The translations under genes and the position numbers were made by a program. Below the pieces are notes generated by a model. It saw only the letters and a program-made list of their open reading frames with translations. It did not search any database and had not been told where the DNA came from. DNA of 63,743 nt, the filler included, from Octopus bimaculoides (lineage: Eukaryota), in assembly GCF_001194135.2 (NCBI RefSeq). It is 6 parts of 6 records of this genome, joined end to end, with 100 filler letters (N's around TTAATTAATTAA, not from the genome) between each part and the next. Parts side by side here need not be neighbours in the genome. Positions count along the whole stretch, not along the records: positions 57,876 to 63,743 come from NC_068989.1; 5 more parts are not named here. One strand, given 5' to 3'. Positions within the stretch are counted from its first letter, which is position 1, and each line of letters begins with the position of its first letter. Positions 59,601 through 63,743 of the stretch are shown piece after piece.

Positions 59601-60650
59601 GGAAATGGATAGAAGTGAGAATTGAGAAACAATCAACACTTAGCAGACATATATATTACTCTACCAAGCTGACCGTTAATTCAGAGTATTAACTATATTG
59701 TAGAGTAAAACTTGTAATACTCATACTTCCTGTAAAGTACTAAGGAGTATATAAAACGAAATGATTCCATCCGAGGCTCAACGGGAGTGTGTTGGTTTTC
59801 TGTCTTAGTGGCTTTCTCAGAATATCAAAATTTTCTGACAGATTAGTCTCACTTTGTACCAGTGAAGTTCTGGTATCGTTTTAATCAACATCAGAACTTC
59901 GCTGATACTTTATTTTAATGACCCGATAAAGATGAAAATTAAGAAAGAGTATATTTTATTTAATCGAATCCAACACATTACTTATATTTATTGTATTGAC
60001 TCCGGAATCATAAATGCAAATGTGACTTCGGCAGGTTTTGATCTGAGAACTCCATATGTGGCAACGAAATACAATAGTGCAAAGCTTTCTGTTTGGTGCT
60101 TTATCATTTCTAGGTCGTCAACCCCGTCTTTTAAAAGTTCTAGGACAAAGTAATGAGATTGTGTGACGTTCATACTTTTCTTCCTCAAAGCATTAACCGT
60201 ATAAAGGAAGTGAATTATCTTCAATGGAAAATTGAAACCGATTCGAGAGGAGTGGAGTCGCCAGAAGCTTACCTCTACAGCAGGCAAGATGATACACCTG
60301 TCAGGATAATAACGGCTTCATTGATATATCACAAACAGGTCTTTAGTTCCAGCAGAACTGAAAGATAGGAAAGAATGATTCAAGAAAGCCTATTAAATCG
60401 TTAACGACAACAATGAATCCGTCTACAGCATGGTCATTGACCTTGATTTAACGCAAGCAAGCGCACACACACAATCACATATATTCTCCCATATAAGCAT
60501 ACACATACAGACACACAGACACACACACACACACACACACAAGTACAAAAGCCCATTCATACATCTGAAAACCCATTTAATGATGTTTTATACTTAGGCA
60601 TTTATCTGTATCGGTATATCATTATCATTTTACGTTCGTAAAATAATGAC

Positions 60651-60690
<40 letters not shown>

Positions 60691-61082
60691 NNNNNNNNNN
60701 NNNNNNNNNNNNNNNNNNNNNNNNNNNNNNNNNNNNNNNNNNNNNNNNNNNNNNNNNNNNNNNNNNNNNNNNNNNNNNNNNNNNNNNNNNATAAATTCAA
60801 TAAGTAAACCTATAACTAACTCCTAAATTATCTAACTAAAAAGCAACCTAGCCCTTGAAGTCCTTACAGATAATATTCCCACCAGTCTTCCATAGAGATC
60901 CATATAAAAGTGAAAGCTTTTATATTCTGTTCTTTCCAAAACAAACTCGATTGAACTAAACTTAACTAATAGTATAACTAATCTTGAGTGAATTACACTA
61001 TTTCATAATTTAAAAGTTAATAATTAAAACACTATATATGTTTTAAATATTCGTTATCCTTGCCTGCATTAATGCTAAACTT

Positions 61083-61366
61083 GGTCATCTTTCGATACTA
61101 GATCCCATAACTTCCGGTCGTTGTGCGCACGCATACTGATTACATTATTGTATAGTGTGTTTATGTTTTTAAATGACTTGAAAATATGAAAAGACAACAT
61201 TAAATAGAAAAAAAATAAAATGAATGGCCCACTAAACTCAAACCTCCTCCTATCAGATTCATACAGTTCTTAAACATTAAACACATAAACACATTATGCG
61301 ATAATGTAATCAGTATGCGGGGGCACAACGACCGGAGGTTATGCGATCTAGTACCGAAAGATCGCC
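61083..61366. mobile_element. Mutator-like MITE with ~85-bp TIRs and 9-bp TSD
   Basis: Arms GG..ATCTTTCG.TACTAGATC.CATAAC.TCCGGTCGTTGTGC..CGCATACTGATTACATTAT; TSD GCTAAACTT (61074-61082) / GTTAAACTT (61367-61375). Confidence 0.8.
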
Positions 61367-61482
61367 GTTAAACTTATATAAGTAATTTAGTAGATAATAC
61401 TAAAATATCCTTTTAAACAGGAACTAATAAAAAATACTTGTAATTAACAATTATTATAAAAACCTTGATACGATTAAAGCTT

Positions 61483-61521
<39 letters not shown>

Positions 61522-61653
61522 NNNNNNNNNNNNNNNNNNNNNNNNNNNNNNNNNNNNNNNNNNNNNNNNNNNNNNNNNNNNNNNNNNNNNNNNNNNNNNN
61601 NNNNNNNNNNNNNNNNNNNNNNNNNNNNNNNNNNNNNNNNNNNNNNNNNNNNN

Positions 61654-61964
61654 GTTGATCCGATCAACGGAACAGCCTGCTCGTGAAATTAACGTGCAAG
61701 TGGCTGAGCACTCCACAGACAAGTGTACCCTTAAAGTAGTTCTCGGGGATATTCAGCGTGACACAGTGTGACAAGGCTGACCCTTTGAATTACAGGCACA
61801 ACAGAATCAGGAAGTAAGAGTGAGAGAAAGTTGTGGTGGAGGAGTACAGCAGGGTTCGCCACTATCCCCTGCCGGAGCCTCGTGGAGATTTAGGCGTTTT
61901 CGCTCAATAAACACTCACAACGCCCGGTCTGGGAATCGAAACCGCTGGGCCATTGCGCCTCCAC
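61654..61964 (-). mobile_element. SINE with family C head and a different 3' body
   Basis: The head and first ~170 nt match 22761-22930 (with a ~35-nt deletion in the tRNA part); the 3' body is CAGCCTTGTCACAC...CTGTGGAGTGCTCAGCCACTTGCACG...GTTGATCGGATCAAC. Confidence 0.8.
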
Positions 61965-62385
61965 TTTCAATAAGTTCTATATAGTTTATTGTTTCATAGT
62001 TATCTGCAAAACGAACTTTCGCTCGATAAACTAATGACATACCGTTGAGAAAGCAAATATTAGTGTTCTTGAAATTATATAGAGGAAAAAGCGTTTTGCA
62101 TGTTCGTATAGGAAAGATTTCTTCTCTTTATACCGACCATGGAAGCAGCGATGTCTTTTGATGCTTATTTAGCTCACCATAGTTCCATTTTTATAAAACA
62201 TCTTACGACAGCTAAAGTTTGTGGGCAAATATCTGAATTAAAAAACGTTTATTTTAAGGTTTGCTGTATTACATATTTATTTTTACTTAAAATTTAAGAT
62301 TGTGTGCAATTGCTTTAAAAAAAAAAAAGTTTTGGGCTTGAATCGTATTTTTCTATGACAGGTTCATATTTCTGTATTTTTTGTT

Positions 62386-63030
62386 TTAGCTTGGTTCTTC
62401 TCCTTGTATAAACTTCTGCAATTTGGTACTGGCAAACCTTTCCTCACACTTAATCACATCAATAAGTTTCCAAATACTTGAATGACTAATATTGACTGTG
62501 TTTTTCAGCGCGCTGTGGTTAGCTTCTAAACTATTTCTAGTACGAGCAATCCCCGTCATACATCGATTGCAAACATTCCATATAGGTAATGAAAATAGAG
62601 GTTCAAGGCATCGCCTCCGCTCTCCTCTTCCTCTAGGTGGTCCTGTATAATTATTTTCAAAATAGGATGCAATTGACTGTGGAATATCATCATCACCTAC
62701 AAGTTGATCATATCCATTTACAACATCATCAACCGGCAGGAAGGCAGGGCAACAAAACACCGCATTTTTAGTCTAAAACTGACATTTTTGTGATATCTGC
62801 ATTTTAGTCCTTTTTGCACGACATCCTTCTACACATTTTGTCCTAAATGAAACAAGCAGCATGCCAAATTCGACCCAGGAAACGATTCCAGAAATCTGTT
62901 ATAGGCTGCTAATTCGAAATCCATAATCGTATTATCAGGTCCCTCATTCTGCAGTAATTCATTTATTTTGGTAAAAAGTCTACTATATGCGTCTTGACTT
63001 TTGTCGGAGAGCGATGTGAACAATCGTAAG
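62386..63030 (-). mobile_element. MULE transposase fragment
   Basis: YSRLF...IMDFELAAYN.F...FP......CLFHLGQN and AFLPVDDV..YFENNY..PLFSLPIWNV...RT.NSLEANH..IWKLIDVIK.EE. Confidence 0.85.
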
Positions 63031-63299
63031 GCATTAAAATTATCAATTTGAATGTGAAGTATATATAACTGAAAATGAACTTCTTCCCAGCAGCATTCAT
63101 TTTATGTGCATACGTTACTTCGTCAAATGAGTAGACTATCATCACGATAGAGATCGAACTCTGTAGATAACAATCTCTTCTCCTGCAACTCAAACATGTA
63201 CAATTCTATAAATTCACAAACTCCAAACTTATGATTACATAACAAAACTACTGACCACTAAGTTTAGCTCAAAATGAATTATGTAAAATAAAAAATTCC

Positions 63300-63743
63300 T
63301 AGAGTAGTATACATAATATGTTAGAATAGCTAATTGTAATAAAGCTTCTACTTATTGCTAAAGGTTTCTGAAGAAGGGACTTCGTTACAGGCAGATAGAA
63401 AATATTTCTCCCAATGCTCATTATTCTCCTCTCGTTCTGGTCTAACGACCCTCCACGTTTGATTTTGTTCGGTTTCCTTGTATGTCTCCACTGTCCTGTT
63501 TTTGTTCCCAATTTTGACCTTCCATAAATCCTAAATTTTATTTTGGAATTTATAGGAGCAATTGTCTTTGAAGACTTATATTGTTGATTGCTCGAAATGA
63601 GAAGTAGATAAACAACCGACATCTGATGAAGGGTCGTTCTCTGTGTTTATTTGTCCTGTTTTCTATTTTTTCTCTAGTTGTTTGCGTATTTAACTCGTTT
63701 GTTTTCGTATTTCATGTTGGTTACACACTTGGTGACGTCCTGT
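63300..63743. mobile_element. Possible Penelope-like remnant with half hammerhead core
   Basis: CTGATGAAGGG at 63623-63633 has no GAAA half and is followed by a T/G-rich tract like those at 7780-7850 and 12720-12840. Confidence 0.25.

Overview
AT-rich, repeat-dense eukaryotic scaffold with many N gaps. It is most likely a coleoid cephalopod (Octopus-like) draft assembly; this is inferred from the C2H2 array style, tRNA-derived SINE families and microsatellite load, not from a database search. The only clear protein-coding genes form a cluster of five C2H2 zinc-finger array genes between 34.6 and 51.1 kb, two on the minus strand and three on the plus strand. None has a recognisable effector domain. 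They share a repeated upstream architecture: a CpG-rich promoter-like module, a short upstream exon and a ~350-390 nt leader. Two further copies of this upstream architecture (33 kb and 52.7-53 kb) have no visible finger ORF. The rest is decayed mobile DNA: R4/Dong, RTE, Penelope and Gypsy retroelements; mariner, hAT, MULE and Merlin DNA transposons and MITEs; and several modular SINEs. The most notable observations are: (i) minimal hammerhead-ribozyme motifs, one apparently intact at 24823-24870 and one in the tail of a tRNA-headed SINE; (ii) Merlin-type elements and telomere-repeat-bearing MITEs inserted upstream of the ZNF genes, one split across two assembly locations but joined by an 8-bp TSD; (iii) ZNF start codons recruited from decayed 'ghost' fingers. 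All alignments and folds were done by eye, and family names for short repeats come from recall.
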